Under the pieces are notes generated by a model. It was not told the origin of the DNA and did no database searches. It was given only the letters and a program-made list of their open reading frames with translations. Shown here one piece after another: positions 9,932-20,186 of a DNA stretch of 64,000 bases. The DNA is taken from the NCBI GenBank assembly GCA_027923505.1, contig BROI01000014.1, positions 620,001 to 684,000 of the forward strand. Direction: 5' to 3'. This DNA is from Mayamaea pseudoterrestris (taxonomy: Eukaryota). Position numbers and translations under genes: made by a program. Positions within the stretch are counted from its first letter, which is position 1; the number at the start of each line of letters is the position of its first letter.

Positions 9932-11814
9932 TCATTTCTTGACAGGATCCGTAGAACTCCAAATTTCGTCGTCATCGTAAACAAAATCTTCACCTTCTTC
10001 GTCGTCCAAAAGATCCCATTCTCCGTCGTCGTTGAAGCCCACCAACTCTTCAGTGTCGACATCCAAGTATCCACCTTGAGCAAATGGCCGCCACTGCAAT
10101 TCCTCCTGTGCTGGTGCGCTTGTCCCGAACCGAGCGGCATCTTCTTCAAGCAAATGCGGTGGAACGTAAGGATTCGTCATACGAGGCGAGAAGTCGAAGT
10201 CAAACTCATCCACCATGACAAGATCGCCGTCTTCGGCACCTCGGCTGATCAGTTCAGCACTGATCCCCAGAGCTACGAGCTGTCGGCCAAACCGCTCCAA
10301 TGCTTCCGGATACTCCCAGTGTGTCATGCGAGCAATTTGTTCGATGTATTTGCCAGAAATACGCCACTGACCTGGGTATGACGGATCAGATATGATTTCA
10401 TAGTCATCGCTGTCATAGTCCAGCCCAGCCATTGAAAGGTCGATCTCTGCAGGAGGTGGAAGATCTGGCTCTGGCTGCACGGCGACAAACTTACGGAGAC
10501 GGCTCATTAATTCCTTGACGCGTTCCGTTGTGGCAGCGGAAATGGACAAAACACGCGAGTGTCCTGCCGCGTCACGCAATGCAGCGAGTATATCCTCCTC
10601 CTGTTCCTTGACTTCTGATACGTCAATCTTGTTCAAAACGACCACTTGAGGCTTTTGAGCAAGAATCTCGTCGTACAGCTCGAGCTCCCGATTGATTGCG
10701 CGGAAGTCGCCTACCGGATCCTCCGATGTCCCATCAATTAAATGCAACAATACCCGACACCGTTGTACGTGCCTAAGAAAAGCACCTCCCATACCTGCTC
10801 CACCAGCAGCGCCTGTAAATGTAGTAAGAGGTTAGCATTCAGCTGACGGTCAAGGATTCGTTCTTTCAGTGGTATTTCCATCAACTGTAAGCACGCACCT
10901 TCAATGAGTCCTGGAATATCGCAAAGCACCAACCCAGCCGAGTCTTCGGCTAAATCACAAACACCCAGATTGGGAACCACTGTCGTGAACGGATAGTTTG
11001 CAATCTTTGGCCGTGCATTCGATGCTGCAGCCAGTAACGTTGATTTACCAGCATTTGGCTTGCCCAAGAATCCTACATCCGCCACAAGTCTTAACTCAAT
11101 CGAAAGCCAACGCTTCGCACCAGGTTCTCCATACTCTGCCAAACGTGGAGCAGTCCTTCGAGCCGTTTTGAACGCGTTATTGCCTCGTCCTCCTCGCCCT
11201 CCCTTGGCAACCAGCAGTGTCTCGCCATCCTCTCTCAATTCTCCAGCAAGCTTCTGTGTCTTTAAATCTCTCACCACTGTCCCCGGCGGCACTCGCACAT
11301 ACATATCATCCCCATATGGCCCATCCTTGTTCTTCCCCTGTCCCGGTTTGCCGCTATTGGCTCTCACGTGAACCTGCTGTCGGCAACCCATGAGTGTGTT
11401 GAGTTTCGAGTCACAAATCAAGTAAACACTTCCACCTCGACCACCCCGGCCTCCATTGGGTCCACCTCGAGCTTCACCCTTTTCGCGACGAAAGGCGACG
11501 CAGCCCTTGCCGCCGTCGCCGGCTGATACGTGGACGCGCGCCGTGTCAAAGAATTGCCACTCCGGATCGTCGGCGGCTGTTGGAACTGTACTTGGTGCAG
11601 CTGGGGAAGAAGAAGATGACTTGGATGATGATGCAACTCTGGTTGCGTATAATGATAAAGATTGTCTCGTAGACAATGATAGTGACGTTGATGCGTCGGA
11701 AAATATTGGCAAGGAAGTGTACCTTGACTGATGGGCCGCAAGCTGCTGTAGGTGCGAAAAGGCGGTCGTCGCGTCAAGGAAAAAGAATCCAATCAAAAGC
11801 AATGGACCAGTCAT
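9932..11814 (-). CDS. obgE: Plastid Obg/CgtA GTPase; 2 exons (intron 10898-10813); alternative start at 11847
   Basis: Motifs FFDTARVHVSAGDGGKG, GKPNAGKST, YPFTT, DIPGLIEG|AAGGAGMG and NKID, plus the C-terminal OCT-like domain; signal peptide with TTA-F. Confidence 0.92.
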
Positions 11815-12111
11815 TCCTTTAACGCGTAATCGAGTATGTTCCGTCATGCTGCTATAAAGATCGACGGCCACTACTAAAGAGCAAGCTCGAGAGGATACGA
11901 AGAAAGGATGTGCTGATGTTTCGTGTCGGAATCGAATGGTGGCCTTGTCGAATGATCGAAATCCCGCATCAATGAAAAGACGTTTGTCGTAGCGGCAATG
12001 GACAGACGGTGCGTTTCGGCGAGATCTTTCCCACCGCAAAAGATCACGCAACCCATCAAAGCGTAGTCCGCTAGAAAGCTTCTTAACTTGCACGCAACTC
12101 AAGCTCTAGTT

Positions 12112-13599
12112 ATGACATTTCCCAACGTTGATCTTCCATGGAAGCCGCTCTACCAGCAGGTCAAGGATGGAGAGGTAGCAAAGGATCAGTCGTCGCCCTT
12201 GCTGTTCTACTCGCTCGCTGCGACAATCGTTTTTACGGCTGCCGTTTATGCGTTTGAAGGCTACCTGGACAGCCGGCAGAAGGCATGCTACCAAAAGACG
12301 GAGTTTCCTAGCGAATTACAAAAGACTGTTTTGAAAATTGACAAGGAGCGTCAGCCGCAAACGTCCAAGTCTGCATCGAGCGATGACGGTTCGTCGTCGG
12401 CGGAATCCAAAGCGTTGCTTCCCCAACTTCAAGCCAAGTTTCGCAACGCGCAGTCGTACGGACTAGACAAGATTCAGTTTGGAATGATTGCTCATACATG
12501 GGATACCTTTGAGTCGATTGCCTTTTTGCTGCTGGGATTCTTGCCGTACGCGTGGGACTTGTCGTGCCGGTGGGGCGAGCGATTCGGGAATTGGAACGAG
12601 CGAAAGCATGCCATTATCATTTCACTCATCTTTTTGGCTGTAACAACTGTGATTGGAACGGTTACGGCGTTGCCATTTGAGCTTTACTCGACCTTTCAGA
12701 TTGAGCGCAAGCACGGTTTTAACAAAATGACCTTTGGTTTGTTTGTCATGGACAAGATCAAGAGTTTGTTTCTGACGGCGCTCATTGGAGCTCCGTTCGT
12801 CGCATTATTGCTCTACATTATCCAAGTGGGCGGGCCTTATTTCTACATTTACGTTTGGGGGTTCATGTTTTGCTTCTCCGTGTTCATGATGACGATTGTT
12901 CCAGTCTTTATCATGCCATTGTTCAACAAGTACGAACCTCTTGCCGACGGCAGTCTCAAGACTCGCATCTACGAGCTTGCGGGCCAGCTCAAGTATCCAC
13001 TTACCAAGTTGTTTGTTATGGACGGTTCTAAACGCTCATCACATTCCAATGCCTTCATGTTTGGCTTTGGAAATAACAAGCGCATTGTTCTCTTTGATAC
13101 CTTGCTTACACAAGTCACAGAGGACGAAGTGTTGGCCATTTTGGGTCACGAACTTGGGCATTGGAAGCTGGGCCACACGTTGGCTAATTTTGTCGTGACG
13201 CAGGTTTACATGGGTGCGGCCTTTTACTGCTTCGCCAGCACGTTTGGCGCGCAGGACTTGCACGCTGCGTTTGGTTTCAACGATGCGACTCGGCCGGTGC
13301 CAACTATCATTGCACTCTTGCTCTTTTTCCAAACACTGTGGGCGCCTGTTGACAAGGTGCTAAGCTTTGTCTTGACGGCCTTTTCGCGTTACAATGAATT
13401 TGCTGCGGATCGCTTCTCGGTTGATCTTGACATGTCAAGCAAGTTGCAGAGTGGCCTGTGCAAGATTCATTTGGAGAATCTTGGAGCCATGTGTCCTGAT
13501 TGGATGTATTCGACCTATCACTACAGTCATCCGCCGTTGGTGGAACGTTTGAGCGCCATGATGGCGCTGGACAAGCAAAAGCAAAAGAAGGTTACATAA
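12112..13599 (+). CDS. STE24: CAAX prenyl protease 1 (M48 zinc metalloprotease)
   Basis: Motifs DGSKRSSHSNA, HELGH, EFAADRF and YHYSHPPLVERL; multiple TM helices; C-terminal KKxx-like ER signal (KKVT). Confidence 0.95.
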   Translation: MTFPNVDLPWKPLYQQVKDGEVAKDQSSPLLFYSLAATIVFTAAVYAFEGYLDSRQKACYQKTEFPSELQKTVLKIDKERQPQTSKSASSDDGSSSAESKALLPQLQAKFRNAQSYGLDKIQFGMIAHTWDTFESIAFLLLGFLPYAWDLSCRWGERFGNWNERKHAIIISLIFLAVTTVIGTVTALPFELYSTFQIERKHGFNKMTFGLFVMDKIKSLFLTALIGAPFVALLLYIIQVGGPYFYIYVWGFMFCFSVFMMTIVPVFIMPLFNKYEPLADGSLKTRIYELAGQLKYPLTKLFVMDGSKRSSHSNAFMFGFGNNKRIVLFDTLLTQVTEDEVLAILGHELGHWKLGHTLANFVVTQVYMGAAFYCFASTFGAQDLHAAFGFNDATRPVPTIIALLLFFQTLWAPVDKVLSFVLTAFSRYNEFAADRFSVDLDMSSKLQSGLCKIHLENLGAMCPDWMYSTYHYSHPPLVERLSAMMALDKQKQKKVT

Positions 13600-13637
13600 T
13601 TATAGCGATACTAGCAATTTTAAGGCAATATATACAT

Positions 13638-14840
13638 CTAGCTAGTCTGGAAAACGTTTTGTATCATTGGCTTCTTGACAGCCAAAGCAGCGCGATCCAG
13701 TTCATCCATGGCGTCGGCGGAAAGTTTCCACCCACTGACACTACCCACATTACTCGTCGCTTGCTGAACGGTCCTGCAGCCTGGTATAGGAATTGTGCCT
13801 TTTTGCCGCGCCCAGTTGATGGCCACTTGGGATTGTGACTTGTCGTATTCCTCGCCCACTGCTTCCAATACGCGAAGCAAGTCTTGGGCACCAGGCAGGA
13901 GCTCGCGAAAGAGCTGCTTCCTCGGGCTAAAGCCAAGCAACCCGTTTGCTTGCGGCAGATTGTCGAGCGAATATTTGCCAGTCAGCAAGCCCAGACACAA
14001 TGGACTATATGAAATAAGTCGACAACCAACATCGTCGCAAATAGCATTCATATCCCGACAGACCTTGAAGGTCATGAGTGAATATTGAATCTGTGCCGTG
14101 GCGAGTGGAACGTTGCGCTCCTGCATGTAGGCAGAAATCTTTTGCAATTGTTTTGGTCCATAGTTGCTAACGCCGACAGCCTCGCACAATCCAGCATCGT
14201 AAACGTCAGCAAGTCCTTCCCAAAGGGCAGCTTCCTGAAAGGGTTGGTAGTTGGCCGTGGACCAGTGCAGTTGTGCAATGGCGAGTTTAGGTTGCTCGAG
14301 ACGTTCCAGTGACTCCTTGGCAGCAGTCATCATTGAGCTGGAAGTAATTCTCCAAGGGTATGGGGCAAACTTTGTTGCCACTTGCTGCTGATTATTCACT
14401 GATTTTCGGTCACTTGCACCAGAGCCAAATGTCAGAAACGAAAATGGATTGTTCAGGGATGGCGACGACGAGGCGGGCGCGTTGTTGGTTTGCTTTTCCA
14501 ACTGAAATCGTCGCTCAAATTTTCCCAGGAGCTTTTCCGCTCGGCCATTCAAATCCAGTGTGCCGTAGCTGTCGGCTGTGTCAAACAGTGTCACGCCAGC
14601 GCGTCGAACGGTTCTGTATGCTTCGTATATTTCCTCGTCTTGACTTGGATCATAGCCGAATAACAGTCGATTACCCCATGACCATGTGCCACAGCCAAGC
14701 TCTGATAATGACAAAGGACCTGCAGTGACGCGACCAACCGATAAAGGTCCTGATTTTGATTGTTGCTCTTGCAAAAGGCCTGCCGCGAGTATGATCGTCA
14801 GGAGAAAAATGAGCATCTTGATGAGTTCATTTCGAGCCAT
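13638..14840 (-). CDS. Aldo/keto reductase (pyridoxal-reductase-like subfamily) with N-terminal signal
   Basis: Motifs LGCGTWSWG, FDTADSYG, ATKF, QLHW, VGVSNYG, YSPLCLGLLTGKY and PIPG. Confidence 0.88.
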   Translation of the reverse strand: MARNELIKMLIFLLTIILAAGLLQEQQSKSGPLSVGRVTAGPLSLSELGCGTWSWGNRLLFGYDPSQDEEIYEAYRTVRRAGVTLFDTADSYGTLDLNGRAEKLLGKFERRFQLEKQTNNAPASSSPSLNNPFSFLTFGSGASDRKSVNNQQQVATKFAPYPWRITSSSMMTAAKESLERLEQPKLAIAQLHWSTANYQPFQEAALWEGLADVYDAGLCEAVGVSNYGPKQLQKISAYMQERNVPLATAQIQYSLMTFKVCRDMNAICDDVGCRLISYSPLCLGLLTGKYSLDNLPQANGLLGFSPRKQLFRELLPGAQDLLRVLEAVGEEYDKSQSQVAINWARQKGTIPIPGCRTVQQATSNVGSVSGWKLSADAMDELDRAALAVKKPMIQNVFQTS

Positions 14841-15040
14841 TGCGAGGCTTCAAATCCAGTGAAAGCAAAGGTACGTATTCTACAGCAGTGTCAGTTAGTT
14901 TCATGCACTTTTGTCTATATCATTAGCTCGTTGATCCCGTCGGTAGAGATCTTCGATTGCGCGATGTTTGCTCGAGTCGAACCTAAACGCGCGAATGAAA
15001 TGACGTATCAAGAGCCTCCACTATTGCTTATAGTGTACGT

Positions 15041-15168
15041 CAATAACTTTAAAATAAATCAAAGTTATTGGCACTGTAGCACAAACAGTAGTCCGAAAAT
15101 CAAAGTTATTGGCAGTGTCGCTTAAACAGTAGTCCAAAAACTTTGAAAATCAAAGTTCTTGGCACTGT
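15041..15168. repeat. AT-rich cluster of short direct and inverted repeats in a divergent intergenic region
   Basis: AAATCAAAGTT(A/C)TTGGCA(C/G)TGT at 15056, 15097 and 15147; inverted repeat CAATAACTTT-N10-AAAGTTATTG at 15041-15070. Confidence 0.75.
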
Positions 15169-15304
15169 GGGTCTTATAGTACACCGACACGTCAGCCGAC
15201 AGACGAAAACAAGCGAGAGACGACGAGACGATAGCTTCATTCCTTCACACTTTCTGCATCTTTAACAGCTTTTCCTTGACTACTACTGCATCACAAGCAT
15301 AATA

Positions 15305-16546
15305 ATGAAAAGGTGCTATATACGACTTGCCTATCCGTCCGTACTAGTTTTCTTTTGGAATGGCTGGGTGGTCTCAGGTCTGCCTGACTCTACTTGCGAC
15401 GCCGCAGAATCCATGGAATGCCATGCCAAGATCGGGAACAAGAACGCAACAAACCACGAAAGCCCAACTCGCTCTCTCATCTTTAACCGAATCCTCGCCG
15501 AAGATTACGAAGCGATTGATCCCAAGGTGCCAAAATGTATCCAATCATTGAAAGAGCGAGGTGCTCATCGGTGTTGGCATAAGCACTCCACCTTTTTGGA
15601 ACACTTGATTGGAGTCCACAACATTCTTCGTGGATGGAACGAATCGGAGATCGCAGGCAGAGTTGCACTCTTTCATTCCGCTTACTCCAACTCGTACGTG
15701 AATCTAGCCTTGTACGATCCTAATACGGAGCGCGACATTATGAAGGAGCTTGTCGGAGACCAAGCAGAGGAACTCGTGCACATGTTTTGCATCATTGATC
15801 GTCAGCAAGTCGTCGTGAACACATTGCTCAAACAAGGACACATACCCATGGAGGGACTCACGGTGCCTCATTTGAAGAAAGCTAATGAAAGCGTATTCTT
15901 GAGTGCGGAAGTTTTGCGCATGCTCATTGTCTTTACCATGGCAGATATTTCGGACCAATACTTTTATTGGCAAGACGAGCTTTGGGGCGGCGGTGGCACG
16001 GCAGGATCAATGGTTATTCCTGGAATGGACTTTACGGAACGTCACAATTCCAAGTCTCTCTGGCCAGGCATGAGCAAGCCAGGTTTGTGGATGAGTTACA
16101 TTTCAGATCTGACGCAGGTCGTCAAGACTTACAAAGGGGACATGTCTATGCCCCCTGTGCTCGACTTTGGAGCGCGAATCTTGTCCACCCAAGATGAGGC
16201 CCTGTCTCGTGACTTGTACTGGAATGTTATTAGCGAACAAGTGACAGGTGACGACGAGATTATTGCAACCCTTATAAAATCAAACGAACACAACCCGTTT
16301 GCATTCGAGCCATTGGTTCTGTTGGCGCAAAAGTATTTGCATGAGAATCGGTACGATGACGCGCTCGCATCGACGGAACGAGCCATTGAATTGGAGAAGG
16401 CGTGGCTTACTTGCTGGGACAAGCGCATGTCGTTTGGTGCATGGGTTGCGTGGACCAGAGTGATGCACCAAAAGGCGCAAGAGCGAAAGCCGTGGCCTTC
16501 CAACAGTTGGGAGGTCAACAATTTGGGCTTGGTGAAGAATGAATAG
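15305..16546 (+). CDS. DUF6817-like protein with a C-terminal TPR-like helix and a signal peptide
   Basis: CWHKHSTFLEHLIGV, LFHSAYSNSYVNL and WDKRMSFGAWVAW match my recollection of this plant/algal family. Confidence 0.7.
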   Translation: MKRCYIRLAYPSVLVFFWNGWVVSGLPDSTCDAAESMECHAKIGNKNATNHESPTRSLIFNRILAEDYEAIDPKVPKCIQSLKERGAHRCWHKHSTFLEHLIGVHNILRGWNESEIAGRVALFHSAYSNSYVNLALYDPNTERDIMKELVGDQAEELVHMFCIIDRQQVVVNTLLKQGHIPMEGLTVPHLKKANESVFLSAEVLRMLIVFTMADISDQYFYWQDELWGGGGTAGSMVIPGMDFTERHNSKSLWPGMSKPGLWMSYISDLTQVVKTYKGDMSMPPVLDFGARILSTQDEALSRDLYWNVISEQVTGDDEIIATLIKSNEHNPFAFEPLVLLAQKYLHENRYDDALASTERAIELEKAWLTCWDKRMSFGAWVAWTRVMHQKAQERKPWPSNSWEVNNLGLVKNE

Positions 16547-16612
16547 AAACATTTATGGCTAAACCTAATAATAATTGAGCTTAACTACTCAAAGTCACCT
16601 GATAATAATCAC

Positions 16613-17983
16613 TCATTGCGCAGCCTCTTTCTTCTCATCAACGTCGTCATCGTCGTCATTGATTTTTGCTTTGCCTTTTCTTCCTTTCTTCTCATCTTTC
16701 TTGGATTTGCCAAAAAGTTTCTCGAAGGCAGACTCGGCCGCTGCGTGAAGCCTTCCTGAAAGGCCCAAGCCCGAGCTCCTAGCCTCTTTGTCAAACTCGA
16801 GCAGCAACTCTTCCTGTCGCTGCGTGATCTCCTTTGGTATCTCAATTTTCAGGTGCACAACTTGATTTCCCTTTGAGGCGCTATTTAGTTGCTGAATGCC
16901 CTTGCCACGAAGCATCAGCTTTGTATTCGGTTGACATCCCTTTGGAATCTTCATCTCGACCTCGCCGGTCAGAGTTTTGACATCAACCGTCCCACCCAAA
17001 ATGGCTTGCGTCACGCTGATTGGAACTTCTGTATGTACATCATATCCATCTCGCTGGAAATAGTCATCGTCCTGCACAACGACCTGAACCAGCAAGTTTC
17101 CCGCTGGCGCACCTGGATCGCCCTCCGCTCCCTTTCCCTGCAGGCGAATGTTCATGCCCGTGTCAATACCGGGCGGAATGTCGACAGTGACTGACCGTTC
17201 CTTCACTTCCACTTGTCCAGTCTGAGGATTAGCAGTTTGATATCTAACGTTCATATCCTTTTGTGCACCAAACACCGCTTCCTGAAAGCTCAAATTGACG
17301 TGCATCTGCAAGTCCGCCCCTCGTCTTGGTCCACGTGGTCGTCGCCGGCCACCGCCAAAGAACATGTCAAACAAATCTTCTGGATCAATCTCTGGTGCAC
17401 CACCACCACCAGTCGACGAATGAAAGTGAAAGGACCCATCGTTAAAGTTAAATCCTCCCTCAAAAGGGTTGCCTCCGCCAGCTCCACCAAAGTTCATGTT
17501 TGGATCAACTCCGGCATGACCAAACTGATCGTACTTGCTGCGTTGATCGTCATCACTTAAAATCTCGTAAGCTTCCGTTACTTGCTTGAACTTTTCGGCA
17601 GCATTAGTGTTTTCCTTGCCTGCCGCGTCGGGGTGGTACTGCTTGGCGAGCTTGTAGTAGGCCTTTTTGATTTCTCCCTTGGACGCGGTGCGAGGAACAC
17701 CAAGGACTTCGTAAAAGTCTCGCTTCCCTTGGGAGGAAAAGAGACGACAAGAGAGTATGACACGGCTATTACGCAGTGAATGTCTGCACTCTAAACTCCT
17801 CGACAGTGATCTGTTGGTTCGATAGGACCGAGAGCCTGGTCGTTGTTGGTGTGATGTATTTGTCGTCGAAGTTCCACGAGAACAAAGTCCGAGCGATGCA
17901 ACGGCAGGACTCAACGCTCGTTGGATAATAATCGATCGGGCAGATGATCGGATAAGAGTGCCAGAAATGGTTGCAGGCATCAT
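16613..17983 (-). CDS. Mitochondrial DnaJ/Hsp40 chaperone (J domain, G/F region, C-terminal domain)
   Basis: [11 protein letters not shown] motif, G/F-rich linker and DnaJ_C domain; Arg/Ser-rich presequence from MMPATISG at 17983. Confidence 0.9.
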   Translation of the reverse strand: MMPATISGTLIRSSARSIIIQRALSPAVASLGLCSRGTSTTNTSHQQRPGSRSYRTNRSLSRSLECRHSLRNSRVILSCRLFSSQGKRDFYEVLGVPRTASKGEIKKAYYKLAKQYHPDAAGKENTNAAEKFKQVTEAYEILSDDDQRSKYDQFGHAGVDPNMNFGGAGGGNPFEGGFNFNDGSFHFHSSTGGGGAPEIDPEDLFDMFFGGGRRRPRGPRRGADLQMHVNLSFQEAVFGAQKDMNVRYQTANPQTGQVEVKERSVTVDIPPGIDTGMNIRLQGKGAEGDPGAPAGNLLVQVVVQDDDYFQRDGYDVHTEVPISVTQAILGGTVDVKTLTGEVEMKIPKGCQPNTKLMLRGKGIQQLNSASKGNQVVHLKIEIPKEITQRQEELLLEFDKEARSSGLGLSGRLHAAAESAFEKLFGKSKKDEKKGRKGKAKINDDDDDVDEKKEAAQ

Positions 17984-18245
17984 GGTTATGTGGCAACGTT
18001 CCAGGTGGTCGAAATGCAATTTGAATGAAAGGCTCTTGTCGCGAGGGAAGAAAACGAGGCGAGAGGTTGGTCGACAATGAGTACCGCAACGACGCGACTG
18101 CGAACCTTGTTTGTGTGACGTGTCGGGCGCGCGCAAGGCGCGGGGCGTTCTTCCAAGATTGACCATGGCAGTTTCTTCTTTGGTTGCGCATTCCAACCGC
18201 ATCTTTGGTTTTGTCGTCTCCGTTCAAGCGCTCCTACACTAAAAA

Positions 18246-18726
18246 ATGAAGCTTTCATCTGTGTCACTTGTCATTTGCTGGAGTCAAGCACTCACGCTGT
18301 CTACGGCGTTTCTCGCGCCTCAACCACTGTCGCGGTCGTTCGTTCGGAACAACATGAGCGACGGCAACTGGGGAAGCGACATGGCCAATGGGGCCGGAGA
18401 AGGAGCAATTGAACGACTAGAATTTAAGATATTTCCCGATGGTACGGGGCGACAGCAGATTCGCTGAATGACGTAGTCCATTTATGCATACTGATTCATC
18501 ATTTATCACGATTAATTCCTCGCTTTTACTCTCTTTTTCTGCAGGTCGTGTCGAAGAGGTTGTTCGTGGCATCAAAGGAAACAACTGCAACAAGGTAACA
18601 GAGACGATAAATGAAATGCTAGGAAAGGTTGTGGCAACGACACCGACGGAAGAAATGTTCGAGCAGGCGCTCATTGAGGATCAGAATCTTTACAACACTG
18701 ACTCGAGCAGCACCAGTAGTTGGTAA
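18246..18726 (+). CDS. Plastid-targeted DUF2997-like small protein; 2 exons (intron 18442-18544)
   Basis: Signal peptide with STA-F; the spliced product reads IERLEFKIFPDG|RVEEVVRGIKGNNCNKVTETINEMLG. Confidence 0.8.
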
Positions 18727-18827
18727 TATGTACATCATGTCAACAAAATTTAGAGATTTATTTATGAAATTGTATGAGTATGAAACCATAAGCCATTTAT
18801 ATATATTATAGAGCTGAGAGAAAAAGA

Positions 18828-19901
18828 CTATTTTGCAAGGATTCGTCGTCGCCGACGACCGCCTCCACCTCCTTCTCCGTTTTGCTGGTTATCTCCTTCT
18901 CCTCCATCCTGCTGGTTATCACCTTCGCCGCCGTTGGCATCATCTCCACCTCCACTATACGCCTCGCCCCCATCATACGTGCTGTCCTCGTTATCGTCCG
19001 CAGCAGTGGCAGCTCGGCAGTAGCGAAAGCCCGTTCCGCACGCTCCCAAAGCGGCAAGAAATATTCCAGCAACCACCATGACAATAATGCATACTGTAAT
19101 GCACCAGTTCTTGCGCTGGCCATGTTTGCGCATGACGCGTGACTTTTTCCGAAAGACCAACGCATCCTCGCGCATGACTTCCGATGTATGCAGTAACTTC
19201 TCCATTCGCTGCTGATTGTCCAAGACAAGACTAATGTTTCGGCCCATGATATTCTGCAAATTTTCCACCTTACTCTGAATAGCTTGAACCTTGGCGTCCG
19301 CCGCCAATTCCTTGTGGTTCAAGTTGTGATAGTGCATGGCAGATTGAAGGGTCGAACCAAAGGTGCTGTCAAGCGAGTAGGCCCGTGCCGTGTTGATGCG
19401 ATTGAACCGAAAGAGCTTGACAAAGTCTTCCTGAACGTGTTGCAAAAAGAAGAAATTGCTGAAAGTTAAGTAATGTAAAGAAGATGGGAATATCGCCATG
19501 TGAGGAATTTGAAACTAACATCAAAGAAATGCCCCAACTCATGAAATCCATAATACTTACACTTTCTGGTCCCTCATGTCAGGATCATCTCCCAGACAGA
19601 CATAGTATACGCCATCTTTCAAAAACAGATGAAAGTAGTGATCGTCGCGAAGCGCTTCAAGATCTTCCATGACACTATAGCATGACTCGACGAAATTCGA
19701 AAAGAAATCAGTTTCCTTTTGGTTGCGTTGAATAAACGTTCGACATTCTCCCTCCTGGATTGATCCCGGATGGTCTCTCAAGTGTTCAAGCAACTGTGTC
19801 GTCACTTGAGCCACGTTGGTGCTTCGAAGGTCGGCATTGGTCGCTTCGCAAAGGACGGCTGCATCGCGAGCCCGACAGACGTTGACGTAGACAATAGTCA
19901 T
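18828..19901 (-). CDS. VAMP7-like longin R-SNARE; 2 exons (intron 19560-19459)
   Basis: Longin domain (MTIVY..., YFHLFLKDGVYYVCL), synaptobrevin coil (KVQAIQSKVENLQNIMGRNISLVLD) and a C-terminal TM helix. Confidence 0.85.
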
Positions 19902-20186
19902 GGTTGATTACAAGTTTATGAAAATGTATATGGGGGTAATGCGACTAGAATGCAATGTAAAGGATGTTTCCTTGTCATTGTGGAAGGTCCATCGAAGCAT
20001 CGAAGGCAAACCCATCGGTTTCAACGCTTGCAACACGCGCGCTGGCGCGGCACACAAGTACCGGTTGACGTCGCACCAGATAACGATGCGACGCGTCTCC
20101 ACATCCACCGAAAGCTGCTTCACTTTTTCTTTGGCAGCTTGCCGGCACGGCTCATCTGCACAACAGAGCCACTACCATTGTCAACC

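Noticed and set aside
9932..12102. Frameshifted Obg (and similarly split POR, AP2A and VAMP7 ORFs)
   Set aside because: The frame changes coincide with GT-AG introns that restore conserved motifs.
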